DNA from: Tubulanus polymorphus
Lineage: Eukaryota; Animalia; Nemertea
Assembly (NCBI RefSeq): GCF_964204645.1
Contig: NC_134026.1
Span: 13,576,050-13,640,049 of the forward strand
Direction of reading: 5' to 3'
Length of the DNA: 64,000 nt
Both the position numbers and the translations under genes were made by a program. Position 1 is the first letter of the stretch. Each line of letters starts with the position of its first letter. Shown piece by piece: positions 12,931 to 25,662 of the stretch. A model generated the notes under the pieces. That model was not told where the DNA came from, did not search any database, and worked only from the letters and a program-made list of their open reading frames with translations.

Positions 12931-13851
12931 AACTAGAATGTTGCTGAAGACGACTGATGCCCCCACATCAGGTGAAATGCCTGAGTGTAAAACCCACTAC
13001 GAGCATATGTCGACCTATTTATGAAGGCAGGAATTGAAAAATGCAAAACAGCTTCTGGTGACCTTGACCTGTGACCTACAAGACTCGAAATCTAATCACT
13101 CACGGTCTCTAGGGTAAATCATCCATAAAATTTCACAAAGTTATCTCATACAGTTTATGAATTAAGAGCCCGGAAATGAAAAATACAAATCAGCTCCTTG
13201 ACCTTGACCTTAGACCAAATGTAATCAGTTACTCACGGTCTCTAGGATAACCCATCCAAAAAATGACACCAAATTATCTTAAACTGTCTGAGATAGAACC
13301 CGGAAATGAAATTCACAAAATAGCTTCCTGCGACCTTGACCTCGGACCTACAAAACCCAAATATTAGTTGTATTTGAGTTAGCTTGTGCGTATACATTTA
13401 TGTGTGAATATTAGTTGTTTTCGAGCTTGTGAACCATGAACCATATAAGTTGTATTGTGACTGATTTATGTATAAATTTAAGTTTCGTATGATATTCAGT
13501 ACTGTGAGTAAGGCATTCCTGTAGTTTGTTTCGTTCATTCTGGACAGAAGCCCTCGAGGAGGATACAGTCAGGTTCGTCGCTATCAGGACAATTAAGTTA
13601 TCTTAAACCGTTTATGAGTTAGAGCCTGGAAATGAAATTTACAAAATGGCTTCCTGCGACCTTGGCCTTGGACCTACAGGACCCTCAATCTAATCAATTA
13701 CTAACCTCATATAGTACAACACAACTGTTGAATTTGAAGAAAATCTGTCAATGGGTTGAGGTGCTAGGGAACAGATACCACTGCGGACAGACGGACGGAC
13801 AATGAAGTGAATAAAGTATGCCCCCCACAACGCGATGTGGGGGCATAAAAA
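12931..13851 (+). mobile_element. Near-complete pearl/HINE-like modular element
   Basis: 5' subterminal GATGCCCCCACATC, internal tandem GACCTTGACC-containing units, (ACGG)n, 3' palindrome TATGCCCCCCACA...TGTGGGGGCATA, A-tract. Foreign segment at ~13365-13590. Confidence 0.7.
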
Positions 13852-14243
13852 TAAAATTTTTTAATGAAAGCTAATCTATAGAATCATTCCTTTTGAATGT
13901 TCTTTTTTTCACTTCGTTTTAGCCATTGTTATATTGTTCAATTGATGTACATATATACTGGTATGCTGAAGATAACTTAATACGCCTCGATAGCCGTGTT
14001 AATATACTCACTATAGAAACAATAATTGGTTACAGCGTAAAATATTCACTTCACCAATACACTTCACCATAGTCACACTGATTCACCAACATAAATGTTT
14101 TGATGTTATTTCTAGTAAATTGCCCATGGGAAAAGTGGTTCACCCTGAAAACTGCATACAGGAGCTTGTTTGGAGCGTTGCTTATAAAAAAATCTTTTGA
14201 ATCCTTTGATTAAAAAGATTGGTTTAACCAAGTTTATCAAAGG

Positions 14244-14991
14244 ATTGCTAACGTAGGGGCATAAAAAATGACGGGTTCAATTGATGACACTTAATTTTTA
14301 ATCTTTAATTATTTAAGATAAGTTCTCAGAGTTGATCAAAACACAGATCTCGGGCACTGCAAGTGGTGTTATCACTGCGGAAAATAGTGGATGCACGCTA
14401 CCTGGTGTGCTGATATTATTTTGGTGTTTAAATGATGTTTTTTTTCAAACAAAATAAACTCCAAAATGCCTCCTTTTTGTGGAATATGTAAACTTCGACT
14501 TTGACATCAATATTTCTTGCGACTGTGATTGAAGCTCCCATAATCAGTAAATTCGAGTGATATAATCGGAGCAGAAATCTTAGCTGGCCAATTAATTTAC
14601 GCTGGTTTTTACGTATGAAGAATTGCGAAAAATGATCCGGCCTTATCCAAATTCCAAAAGTCCTATAGTTCACTGCGTAGTTGTGTCCGGAGCACTCCCC
14701 ACTCTCTCGGCATTAGTGCTGAATATCGCGTGCGAGGCGTTAGACTAGATCAGCACGCGCGCTGTACGATCAATATCTCAATGTACAGACGCGTTCTGTG
14801 TTACACACACACAGCCACAGCGAGTGTATTGAGCGTTGACGCACTTCAGCGGCTTGAACTAACGAGTACCGTTGATTACTTTAAAACCGAATTTGAACAC
14901 TCATTAACTTCACAATCAAGTATAAACAGACAGACAGACATGACGACCATGCCATAGATGGGTTTGTCTGACGATGAAACTTATAAAAAAA
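14244..14991 (+). mobile_element. HINE-like family 2 copy (5'-truncated)
   Basis: Collinear with 44779-45664. Ends with (GACA)n and a degenerate GATGGGTTT...AAAC palindrome. Confidence 0.7.
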
Positions 14992-16340
14992 CATGAACCT
15001 CACTTATCCAAGACATCAAAATGGCGTGTATCCCTTGTGTAATTTCTTGTTCAGCTTAACTGGTTGTTTGGGGAATACCCCAGCTGCTGAGGGTATCTCC
15101 TAAACAACCAATCAGAGCACAGCTTTCTCACAATGATGTCGAAAGCGTGATTATGTAGGCCGCAGCCTACCCTGTTGAAGAGCAGTGATTAGGTGCAAGT
15201 GCCCACGTGATCTCCACAGAATGAAGGTATTAATTTTCCGGATGGAATATATATTCGCGAAAAAATACCGAACTTTGACTGATAATTACTGCGTAACTGG
15301 AACGTTTCATGGTCTCATCATCTCACCGTTTTATCTTTGGTAACGTTTTAAATGGCACTTATCGCATAACGAAAGTACACAGTACGAAAGACGGAAAGGT
15401 CTCCAGGGCCATTATGAAGACTCTTACGACATATGACAACATCAATAATTTTATTTAGAGTATATAAATCTATTTATCATGATAATCTTAATATTCTAAA
15501 GACATACAAGTTTCTGTCGATCTATCTATTCTGTAAAAATGGCGTATTATTCAATCTAAAAATAAATCTTCCAATCCTGTCTGCAACTTGACGATAGCTT
15601 AGGTTCTCTAGATGTATTTAGGAACCACAAAATCGCCGGAGCATAACTCAATGCTATAATGCTATAGATAATAGTTGTACCATCACGATACAACAAAAGA
15701 CCAAAAATCAACAACATACATAGATGCAACCCTAGTAGCGAAAGCTCGTGTGTCCAATAAATAGTTAACCTATATAGTACTACTCATCTCATCATTATTC
15801 AAAAACCAGGTTAATTACACAGCTACTCTACAAATCTTTTCATAGATGCCAATGAAAATGATCGCTAGTCATTCATCTTTATTCTTTTTTTTCTTAATAA
15901 ATTGCAGGTACACAACTACATTCTATACGGCATAGTTGTACACAGTGTTTTCCCAAGATTGACACACATCAATGACTTTTTGTAGGTACCTACCCAACAG
16001 CTCCCTCTGCAATCTCATTTAAAATGACCTTCCTTCACAGACCTCAACCAAAGTTACAGACCATTTTCTAAGGTTCTAGTTTTAAGAAAACACTGTGTAT
16101 CTGATCTTAATAACCTTAACATGAGGTCACCTGTGTCGACAAGCCAAACTTTCAGACATAAAAGAAAAACAAATACACTTAAAGGAATACAAAAAGATGC
16201 AGAAGTGCAGTACTAACAAAGTGATATTCTAAACTTCAAGATCTAGATCGGCCAGTAACAAGACACTATGTACATAAATGTTTTTAAATGAACTTGGCTT
16301 TCTAGAAAATTATGAAACACCTAAGAACTTTAATTCTTAC

Positions 16341-16425
16341 CTTTACAAGTAGCTGTGTATCTAAACGAAAGTTAAAATCTCCAAACATGAAAAATGGTAC
16401 ATTTTCATGTTGGTCTGAGGCAATT
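16341..16425 (-). CDS. INPP5A: INPP5A-like exon C (85 nt, phase 2-0) with catalytic GDFNFR motif
   Basis: Borders atttcag|A...AAG|gtaaga. Translates (R)IASDQHENVPFFMFGDFNFRLDTQLLVK; GDxNxR is the 5-phosphatase signature. Not in the ORF track. Confidence 0.92.
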
Positions 16426-17477
16426 CTGAAATGACAAAATGAAAAAAAGCCTTTTTTTAATTCAAGTCTTTGGAATTCCTTGACTCACACTATAGCCTAA
16501 ATGCAATTTCTTCTAGCAATTGGAGCACTAGATAAGAGGTCCAGAGACCCTCATAACTCTTTAGTGTATGGTGGTCATGACAACTTATAACAGTTCATGG
16601 AGCAACAGTTGAAATTTCATCAGTTATAGATAATACTGTAAGCATGTCACAGTCAGTTATACGATAGATAAACAGACTTGTAGAGTTTTCTGTTTTTCTC
16701 ATGACTGACTACTGTCTGTCACTCCTGCTCTCAGTGCGGCGTTTTGATCCATTATGTTGTTAACAATCGGTTTATCTACCTTTATTATGCATCAATTTGT
16801 TCAGTGAGGCATTTGCATTGAGAATTAAACAACAATTTTTACTAAAGTTGTTTCTGTTTTCATTCGTGGGCGATAGTTTTCTCAGCACTCGCGCAATGTT
16901 GAAACAAGAGGCCCATGGGCCTTGAAGCATTGGCAGATTATACTGTGGTATTAAGTGGTTATAATGTTTAACATCTGCCGGCAAATCTTCTATGACGATG
17001 TTGATTGGGAGGACCACAGACTTAAAGGTCTATTTGTCTAGTACGATTTTATTCCTGAAAATGAATCTATTTTCTGCCGAACAATTTAGCCTAGGCTATT
17101 TGTACTGTTAAACCTCATTAATGCAATTCTGTTAAAAAGACGAAACTAGTTTATTCTGATGTTTTCCATCATGTCCCAGCCAAGATATTTATATCAATCA
17201 AGATTTGGATACAAAAACCCTTTTTTACGCATGAACTGTTCGGCCCCACTGAATAATGAAAACAAAAACAGAACGATTTTTCTGAATGCAATTGCAAGAC
17301 CCTCTGATCTTAGAGCTCCAAGCTCTGATGCATGTACGCATGCAAAACGTCGCAGAGAGCGATGCCGGCGTTGGTGTCACTGAGGCCGGCTGATGATTGT
17401 TTAATTGTCTTTTTGTTTGTTTGGCTTTACGTACGTCGTTTGGATCTTGGTTTCCCAAGACTATTCCTATTGGATTG

Positions 17478-17619
17478 TTCATTTAACCTCACGACGGTAC
17501 AGCCTTTGAAGTGTTGCCCGCACACTGTTCCCAGCCAGCAGGACTCGAACCCACTTGTCACTCAGCATTGATAGTGGATTCAACAGCATCACGCCTTATC
17601 TCACTGAGCTAACGAGGCC
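17478..17619 (-). mobile_element. tRNA-derived SINE head
   Basis: Minus strand GGCCTCGT-TAGCTCAGTGAG (A box)...GGTTCGAGTCC (B box), with no 3' acceptor-stem partner. Confidence 0.6.
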
Positions 17620-18607
17620 GCTCGATTCAATTCCAAAAAAACTACAGCAGCGGCAAATAACCATCGCAATATTGCAATTTACGACAAACAACGCGTAAAT
17701 TCAATCACTGTTGTTTAACGCATGGAAAAGATAATAAAAGGTATTTTTTCCCGGCGCGCATTACAAAGCGAATCTCTGCCGAGTACGTACAATAGGGTGC
17801 TACCGCCTTATGAGTGCGCAGCAGGCGGGTAGGGCGTCCTAAAGTGAAAACTTATATTAGAATATAGCTGAATCGAATTTTACAATGTCAGTCAACTGAT
17901 TGATGATACAACATGGTTGTTCTCGGCGTACTTAACAATGATATTTTCCTCCAATAAACAACTCTGGTAAAATTGAATAAAATGATCTATCTTTATAGGT
18001 GATATCGTATCATGGTGGTAGCCTACCGTTTACCGTTTGATGTTTCGTGTCATCATGAAATGGTTTTAACTTTAGTAAAGGCGTTCCCGCACGATCACAT
18101 ACGGGTTTCAGTCACGAGTAGGCTGCCATTCCACTGCTCTAGAAATACTTATTCTGACGCTGAGAATTAATCCCAAATAATCCCATGGATACTGATAGTT
18201 GGAATAACAGTGATATCCAAACACTGACACATTTATAAACTGGAGGTACATAATTTTATGTTTTTCTATTCAGAAGAGGCTGTTCCCCATTCTTTACTGC
18301 CAATGTCAATGCGGACATATCGCTAGGCTATTGTTTAACCCGTTCTCATCAACCAGATAATGAACGATAAAAATGCGATTGAATAACTTTTTGGACCATT
18401 AAATCAGAAATCTGGCGACGCTATGTTGTGGGGAATAATTGAAACATTTTGTTTAGTAATTTTCAGCTGTTTCTAATGTTTTACATGAACAAAGTAACAA
18501 TTTGAAGTTACTATGAAAATGAGAAGAGTCGGCGCTATTTTTTCATGCTACTATTTTCGATCCATTTTGCTAGCATTGGCATGACGTCATAGACGTCAAC
18601 CAATGCT

Positions 18608-20020
18608 AACCAGAAAGAAACTTTCCATGATGGGTTTCTGTGTAATTGTTTCTGTTTCATTCACCAAATTCAAATTCAAATTCAAAATAACTTTATTGAT
18701 CCTTAATGTTCAACATATACATCATTGGATTGACATTTTCAATAAAGTGGACAGGACAAACAAGAGACATGGAGAATAGAAAAAAAGAAAAACAAAAAAT
18801 AATACAGTATAATGGAGCAGTTTAGAAGGACACCGAACTCGCTGTCAAAAAGGCGATTCTCGATATAAATAGTAATGGGTTTTCCCCGCGGGATACCCGC
18901 TCTGGGAAAGGCACCTGAATCGATGCTACGAGTTCGAATCCCAATATTTAGACGTAATTTATTATGCTTTGAAATAAATTCTTAGAATTTCTATTTATGA
19001 TAGGATGTGCAGGTTTTGATTTGGTAATGATGTTAATAAAAGTTAACCTCTTAAGGTATTGTTTTCTATCTATTATTTGTGACAGATTAGTTTCGATGCT
19101 CCTCACAACCCGCCCCACCACGTGTCACTTATTCACGGACGCGCGGATCGTATCATTTGTAATAGGTCTACCACATGAAAGAGTCCGTGGCCTACCGTAG
19201 AATAGTAGGGCCTACCGATTACTATGTGCGATGAAAGTAGTGTTTGAATAAAACAAACTTTTAATGAAACAAACATTATTTATCATAATCAATCAATAGA
19301 TCAGGTACCGCCTAAATAATTGTTTGTTTCGTGAAATTTGTACAAAACTTTGCGACTTCGTCATGTCTTGTGACCCTGAAAATACTAGAAGAATCATCGG
19401 TAAGCTTATAAAACGGCGAGGTCAACGTAGTAACAACAACTTCGGGGATTGAAAAAAAAAAACTCAAAAGAATTATTTTTTATACTGAGTTTTATATAAT
19501 GAGTTATACTGATGGTGAGTAGCGACCGTCATTGACACCGGTTATTTATCCATTCACTATCAAATGTGACGAGCCCAATAAATGATTGCGCATAGATTCG
19601 GCCTCTCAGTATTTAGCACAGCAGTTCCGAGAAGTGTTAAGACCGATCAGCGGGCGCGCTATCTAAAACCGGTGCTAGTACGATCAATATCTACAGGTAT
19701 ATACGTGTTCAGTATTACACAGCGAGTACCAGTATGTTGATCGAGCGTCGTCGTAGCAACGCGCTATACAGCGGCTTGAACTAGCGAGTAACGTTAATTA
19801 TCTTTTAACCAAATTAGAGCACTTATAACCATCGGAATCAAATATAAACCAAGCTGCACCATCTACATCAAGTAGAGAATACCTGTGTGAAATTACAGAA
19901 TTGTCGGTCAACACAAACAGCTTAAATCGTGTCATAAAGAAACATCCACAGACGGACAGACAGACAGACATGACGACGATGCCATAGATGGGTTTGTCTG
20001 ACGACGAAACCCATCAAAAA
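18608..20020 (+). mobile_element. HINE-like family 2 copy with both ends
   Basis: 5' AACCAGAAAGAAACTTTCCATGATGGGTTTC (identical at 44328) and 3' (GACA)n plus GATGGGTTTGTCTGACGACGAAACCCATC-AAAAA. Interior differs from the 44.3 kb copy and includes a (TTTGAA)n retroposon tail near 18665-18700. Confidence 0.65.
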
Positions 20021-20461
20021 CTGCTCTGTGGACGCTCGGAAATGTTGCTATGACATCATCGCCTATTCATTAGCACAACAAAATACAGTAGGTGGCGCCA
20101 CGTGACGGGCCGCAAAAGCCATTTTTCAGCATTACGCAAGTGTATATGCTAGGTAAACAATCACCGATAGATAAAAAACACAAACAAATTTATGCCAATT
20201 CATAATCTATTTCTGAATGCAAATATCTTACTGACCAAATTGATGCATAATATTCACAGATCAATTGATAAGTAACAAAATTATGGACCAAAATGTTGCA
20301 CAGAGAGCATGGGTGACAGACAGTAGTAAATTTCTTTTTTGTAGACAGGTCTGATATGTTGGTATATGTACAACTTGAATATCATGACAATACCAGAAAC
20401 TTGTCACTAGAAAGATGTTCACAAAGGAATGGTTGGAGTCATGTCAAACTGATTTCAAGCA

Positions 20462-21132
20462 TCCAGGAAGAGAGACACTCTAAATATTTGGATGGATATA
20501 TGAAAGCTGTGGGTACTGGAGTGTGTAATGGGTAGTGTAGTGTGATCTGTGTGCATTTGTGGCCAGCACACAGATCACATTGTTCAATGGGGTTTGGTCC
20601 AGGACTCGCGAGATTTTCAACAACACGGAAGTAACGTGTAATAAATGATGACTTGAATTGCATGACTACCTACCACCCCTCATTATTGTTGGAAAACTAA
20701 ACGTTCCGCACTGACTAAAAATTAGTAATAACGTTTTAGAAATGGCCAGAATTTTAACTTAGGTTCTATCTCATTTTTATTTTACAATTGCGATTGGTAA
20801 AATTTTTTTTTAAACGGCCGTTAAGGCTTCATGTTTCGTCTGCAATTCACTGCAAATAGTTACGCAACTACGCACATTTCAGTGTTTTTGGCAGCTGTAC
20901 ACTCAATCGGCACCGTTCGTGACTAGCTTCACTGCGGAATTATCATTAATTAACATCGCCATATCACATCATCAACTTATATTGTGCCTTAAAACCCTAA
21001 CAGCCTAAATAATTGAAATGCACACACGATTTCTATCATTGAAAATTGAGAGAGTGGCCATGTTTGTGTTTGCTGCTTCGCGTAAATCCCGCGCGGTGGC
21101 GCACCCGCGCGGAGTGGGGCCGATAGGTCTAG
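20462..21132 (+). mobile_element. TIR-less TCCAG-bounded non-autonomous element, copy 1
   Basis: Highly similar to 33230-33910 and 41968-42631. Ends A|TCCAG...TCTAG. 14-bp hairpin at 20541-20579 and GC hairpin at 21089-21112. Confidence 0.9.
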
Positions 21133-21645
21133 TAAAACGCATGACGCGGAACTTCTTATTTTTCACTATAAATAGTAATCTGCAGGAAAACAGTGGTATG
21201 GGACAAGGCACCAGACCAACTAAGTCATATTTCAAATCCCACTTTTTAGAGGCAATATTCTATAAAATTAATTCATAAGAGTCTAGGTAATTGGTGATTT
21301 GGTAATGGTATTAATTTAAGTTAACCTCATTATATGTTTCATTATCTTAGATTAGGAATCGTCCCCTTCATCTATTTCATTAGTATATTTGTTTTGATTC
21401 AGTCCATTATAAACCAACCACACCTCCCAGGAGCGAAAGAGGGGTTCGATTTTGAAATCAGAAATATGGATCGAAATATAGAGAAAGTTGTGTGTTCGGC
21501 TGTCAATTCTTTATAATATATGTTAACATTGAAGTATATGATAAGAAACTTTGGTTCAATGTAAACAATCATTCAACCAGCCTGAACCAGTGATTGATTG
21601 GGGTTGATTTCAGGCAGTTCAATTCAACTCTTTCAGCTACTATTT

Positions 21646-24615
21646 GAAAGGCTGAATCCAAGAACATGTCTATCGCACTTTTGAGCCCAAACATCTACTT
21701 TTACTTAGTAGCCACTTGAGAACAATAAGCAATTAACGATATCGGCTACTTTTCCAGTAGTATACATTTCAAAACAGTCACTCTGGAATAGTATTCCTTT
21801 CAATTCGATTGGTTTTCTATAGTGGCTGTTTCGAAGAGTCTACTATTGAAAAGTGACCATTTTGAAACATCTGGTTTTGATAGTGCACACTAGCAGTAGA
21901 GGTGACTGTAAAACCACCCGCCTGTTAACAGTGACTTAATGATAGTAACTCCTACCATAGCAGCTACTCTCAAAACACATCGTTTCTAAAAGTCAACTAT
22001 TGAAAAGTGACCATTTTGAGAAGGCATGGTTATTTCCTGTTCAAAATAGTAGCATCTGTTAAAGATTTGCAGTGATACGTGACAGGTTCAAAGGTACTGT
22101 TAAACCCTATATGCTTTGTATACAGAACTCTGTATGCTTTGAATACAGTTCTGTGAATAGAAAATCAAAGTTTTTGAGATAATAAGAATCCCCTAAATTA
22201 TATTACGCTCAACAAAATGGAAAACTATTCATTCATATAACATCATCATGGATTAAATCCATTAATACTAAAATATGGTGCCAGTCCTAGAATTCTTAGT
22301 ATTTTAAGATTTTTGTTTTACATTTGCGATTATAAAACATTCTGGTAGACAAAAAAATAAATTTGTCTATTAGGCTTAATTTGTTTTTAAGGGTATATGA
22401 GAGAGGAATATACAAATAAAATCATATGTTCAAAAAATATGAATTACGAAAAAAATGTATCTAAAATACTTAGAATTAACCTTGAATTTATTGTTTATTT
22501 CGAAACAAACGATTTTTAAGTAATCCATGTGATGTTCACTTTGTCACGCTGTTCTCTGCTCGTTCGTTAATGAATATTGAATCGTTTTATCGCTCGCAAG
22601 AAGTGATACCATAATCAAAATCTTATTTCGTAGTTATACAGTTTGGTTGATATGAAATTACCAACTTATTATAAAAGATCAAACAATTAGCGTATAAAAG
22701 TGCAGTGTTGAGATGTTCACGTAATTTTGAAGTCAGCAATTTCATTTGATAGAGAAAACTTCTTTTGGCTTAAGATGTGAAAGAAATGCGATAGGCTGTA
22801 ATTCTAGTTTCACATACTTTCCTACTTTGTTAAGTAAATTGTTTATATAGGTTATCAAAAACCCAGCAGCAGCTATCGGTCAGCAGGTCAATTACACTGG
22901 CTAACTAGACAGTGATTGATGAACGAATGAACAAACTGCATTGGCCACCAAAAGACCACAAACCAGCACCGCAATATCTCTATGAAACTTTATTTCAAGG
23001 TGCCAATATAATAACATGCCAAAATGTACGGTGTTTGAACTTCGCTGAATCGATGAACCAATGAATCGCTGAATTATAAGATAACTATCAGTTTTCTCCT
23101 ACTAAACTCTTTTTCTCAAATTATCGTAAACCAACGTTACCAATACTTGAATTTGGAAGTGAATGCGGGCTAGAACCAACAAAGATGCAGAAATACAGGG
23201 AATCCCTCTCATAGCGACCAACATGGTTGTATATCCCATCTTTGCCGATAAGTAAATAATTTTCGGTCTAAACGACTACAGGACCCGAAGAAGTCGAATA
23301 AAATACTCTAAAGCGTGTTAACTGTAGATAAATGAAGAAATTCCACAATAGAATTTTGTATCATGAAATTTATTATAGTTAAACCACAACGTTTCAGCTG
23401 TTGACTGACAGCCATCTGACTAAAAGCCCTTATCACTAGGAATGTCTACATTCCACCTGATGATGGCTGTTAGTCTACAGTCAAAACGTTGCGGTTTCAC
23501 CTTAACAAATTTTATCATATTTATAATTATATTACGGGATTTCTTCATTCATGACCCCAGGGAAAGCCGTTACCGTAATCCAAATGAAATCTTGAATACC
23601 ATACAAAGTTTCTTCTATTAAATTCGATCAAATATGGGCACAATTTGATGATTTCTTTAGAATGTTAAAAGTCCACATGGATATAGCATGTTTGAAAAAA
23701 ATCAATGATTTCTCGAAATTAGAATTCAGGGAAATTCGAACACTCCGAAATGCACATCTTAATTTAAGATGCAAAGACATCCAGGCCCCCGTTGAAAATA
23801 AACCACCATTTCAATAATGAGAGGTTAGCCTGAATTTATGATTGCTCTTTTAATCTAAGAATTTAAATCAAAAATAAATGCAGACCTATGCTTGATAATA
23901 GCTGCATTTGTTCAAATTGAATTCTTTATTCAATTATATCGCCATGAAAAGAAGGAAATTTTGATTTATCTTAAAACTACATAACTATTGACAATTTGTA
24001 AACAAATTTTACTCCAATCTCGACTTTTATTGGTTAGAGCTGGGAATCGCTCATTACATTTCACATCCTCAAAGAGTATCTACAATATCTTCAGATCTCA
24101 ACTGAGTCACTCTAAATAGAACTATACCCCAAACTATAGCGTGAGTAGAGTTTTCCGTATGTTTATATTGTCATGTATCACTGCAAATCTGAAGCATATG
24201 TTGCTACAGTGTATTTATAACAGGGAATCTGGCAAGCGATCTCAAAATGGTCACTTTTCAATAGTTGACTTTTAGAAACGATGTGTTTTGAGAGTAGCTG
24301 CTATGGTAGGAGTTACTATCACAAAGTCACTGTTAACGGGCGGGTGGTTTTACAGTCACCTCTACTGCTAGTGTGCACTATCAAAACCAGATGTTTCAAA
24401 ATGGTCACTTTTCAATAGTAGACTCTTCGAAACAGCCACTATAGAAAACCAACCGAATTGAAAGGAATACTATTCCAGAGTGACTGTTTTGAAATGTATA
24501 CTACTGGAAAAGTAGCCGATATCGTTAATTGCTTATTGTTCTCAAGTGGCTACTAAGTAAAAGTAGACGTTTGGGCTCAAAAGTGGGATAGACATGTTCT
24601 TGGATTCAGCCTTTC
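21646..24615. mobile_element. Non-autonomous DNA transposon with ~376-bp near-perfect TIRs and 4-bp ATTT TSD (Sola-like)
   Basis: 21646-22021 is the reverse complement of 24240-24615, with ATTT on both flanks. The paralogous empty site (28662-28808, opposite strand) has a single ATTT. Confidence 0.85.
23330..23552. repeat. Inverted pair of PLE pLTR/hammerhead remnants
   Basis: ~85-bp imperfect inverted arms. Right arm CTGATGA-TGGCTG...CAGTC-AAAACGTT; left arm on minus strand GATGGCTG...CAGCT-GAAACGTT. Confidence 0.55.
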
Positions 24616-24887
24616 ATTTGTTAGTCATTTTGTAATATAAAAGTCAACCATCCAACTGACTGTATGACGTCGAAAAATCAATCTTTGGGCAATTTTTGGT
24701 AGAGCTTGGCACCCGGGCTTAGATGAAAGGTGAGACTCCCCCCACCTTGAAACACCCGTCTGCCACTCTGGGATTTTTCACTTTCGGCATATAGGGGGCG
24801 CTAAATACGGGGTAGATTCTGTGCACATTTACTTTTACCTGTTCTGGAGTTGAGCCCTATGTCTTTATACCATTTTTAGGGATATGA

Positions 24888-25460
24888 ATGAACACGGGAG
24901 CCCGCTTAGAGTGTATTGAATGTATAGTTCAGGCCGCATTAAAACTGAGAAGAGACTTGAAAAGCATTGAATGTCACCATGACTCAGTTAAAATCAACCA
25001 GGAAGTGGTAGCTGATTTGCAACCAAATTCTTTTAAACTATTTTTATCAGGACTCGTTGAAGGCCAGCCACATATATGTGAGCAGAAGAGTCAAAAAAGT
25101 GTTAAAAATATCGGACAAGATATACGATGTCAAAGGGTAAAACCGTAACGCCAAAACATTTAGGCCTTGGCTAAGCTTTACATCACGCAACGAGATCGGA
25201 GATGCTTGTCAACATGTTTCATGCGGCTGGACATGTGGTAGGCCTGGAAAGCTTGTCATTGCTTCATGTGATAATATAGACCTTCAGGAATCAACCCTCG
25301 ATGGAAAAGGGACTTTGCATGCTACTCAAATGCTTTTGTGGCAAAGAGGGCCGGATTCTACATATTGTTATGATGTTCCATGTTGAAAATTAGTGCGTCC
25401 GGCAAGCGCCAACATAGCGTCAGATGACTACAACAAACTGTACCACACAGAGCCACCAGG
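24888..25460 (+). pseudogene. Academ-like transposase relic
   Basis: Broken frames give PKHLGLG*ALHHATRSEMLVNMFHAAGHV and CDNIDLQESTLDGKGTLHATQMLLWQRGP, motifs I associate with Academ-type transposases. Confidence 0.55.
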
Positions 25461-25662
25461 TAATTTTAAGTTGATTATTAAAACATTAAATCATGATATA
25501 TCAAATTTACAATAACTCAACAACAACTGTAGAAGATGTCATGAGCTACAACTTTGCAGTTAATTGCGGTTACAAAATGTCTTATGTAATCTGGTGGCTA
25601 GAACAGAAATCTGTCTGATATGTTTTAGATCTTTTTTAAAGTATATATCACAATATTCAGTG

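Larger units (their letters stand above)
16708..20327. repeat. Diverged ~170-bp inverted repeat pair (possible TIRs of an old non-autonomous DNA transposon)
   Basis: ACTACTGTCTGTCAC... at 16708 versus ...GTGACAGACAGTAGT at 20327. Third copy of the arm at ~42729-42900. No TSD seen. Confidence 0.5.

Noticed and set aside
17519-17619. Functional tRNA gene
   Set aside because: A and B boxes are present, but there is no acceptor-stem pairing or clean anticodon arm. Better read as a SINE head.
19987-20015. CTGACGA-CGAAAC in the family 2 3' end as a hammerhead (also 14958 and 45631)
   Set aside because: There is no stem II between the core boxes, and the sequence is fully explained as a terminal palindrome.
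20439-20663. Repeated short ORF MQFKSSFITRYF... (also 33246-33431 and 41919-42167) as a gene family
   Set aside because: It recurs only because it lies in the repeated element. The C-termini differ by indels or run into flanks, and there is no recognisable domain.
20462-21132. Calling the three-copy element a canonical Helitron (copy 1 reads A|TC...hairpin...CTAG|T)
   Set aside because: Copies 2 and 3 end in CCAG followed by A and C rather than T, and Helitron-style excision does not restore the BEL frame. Kept only as an alternative hypothesis.
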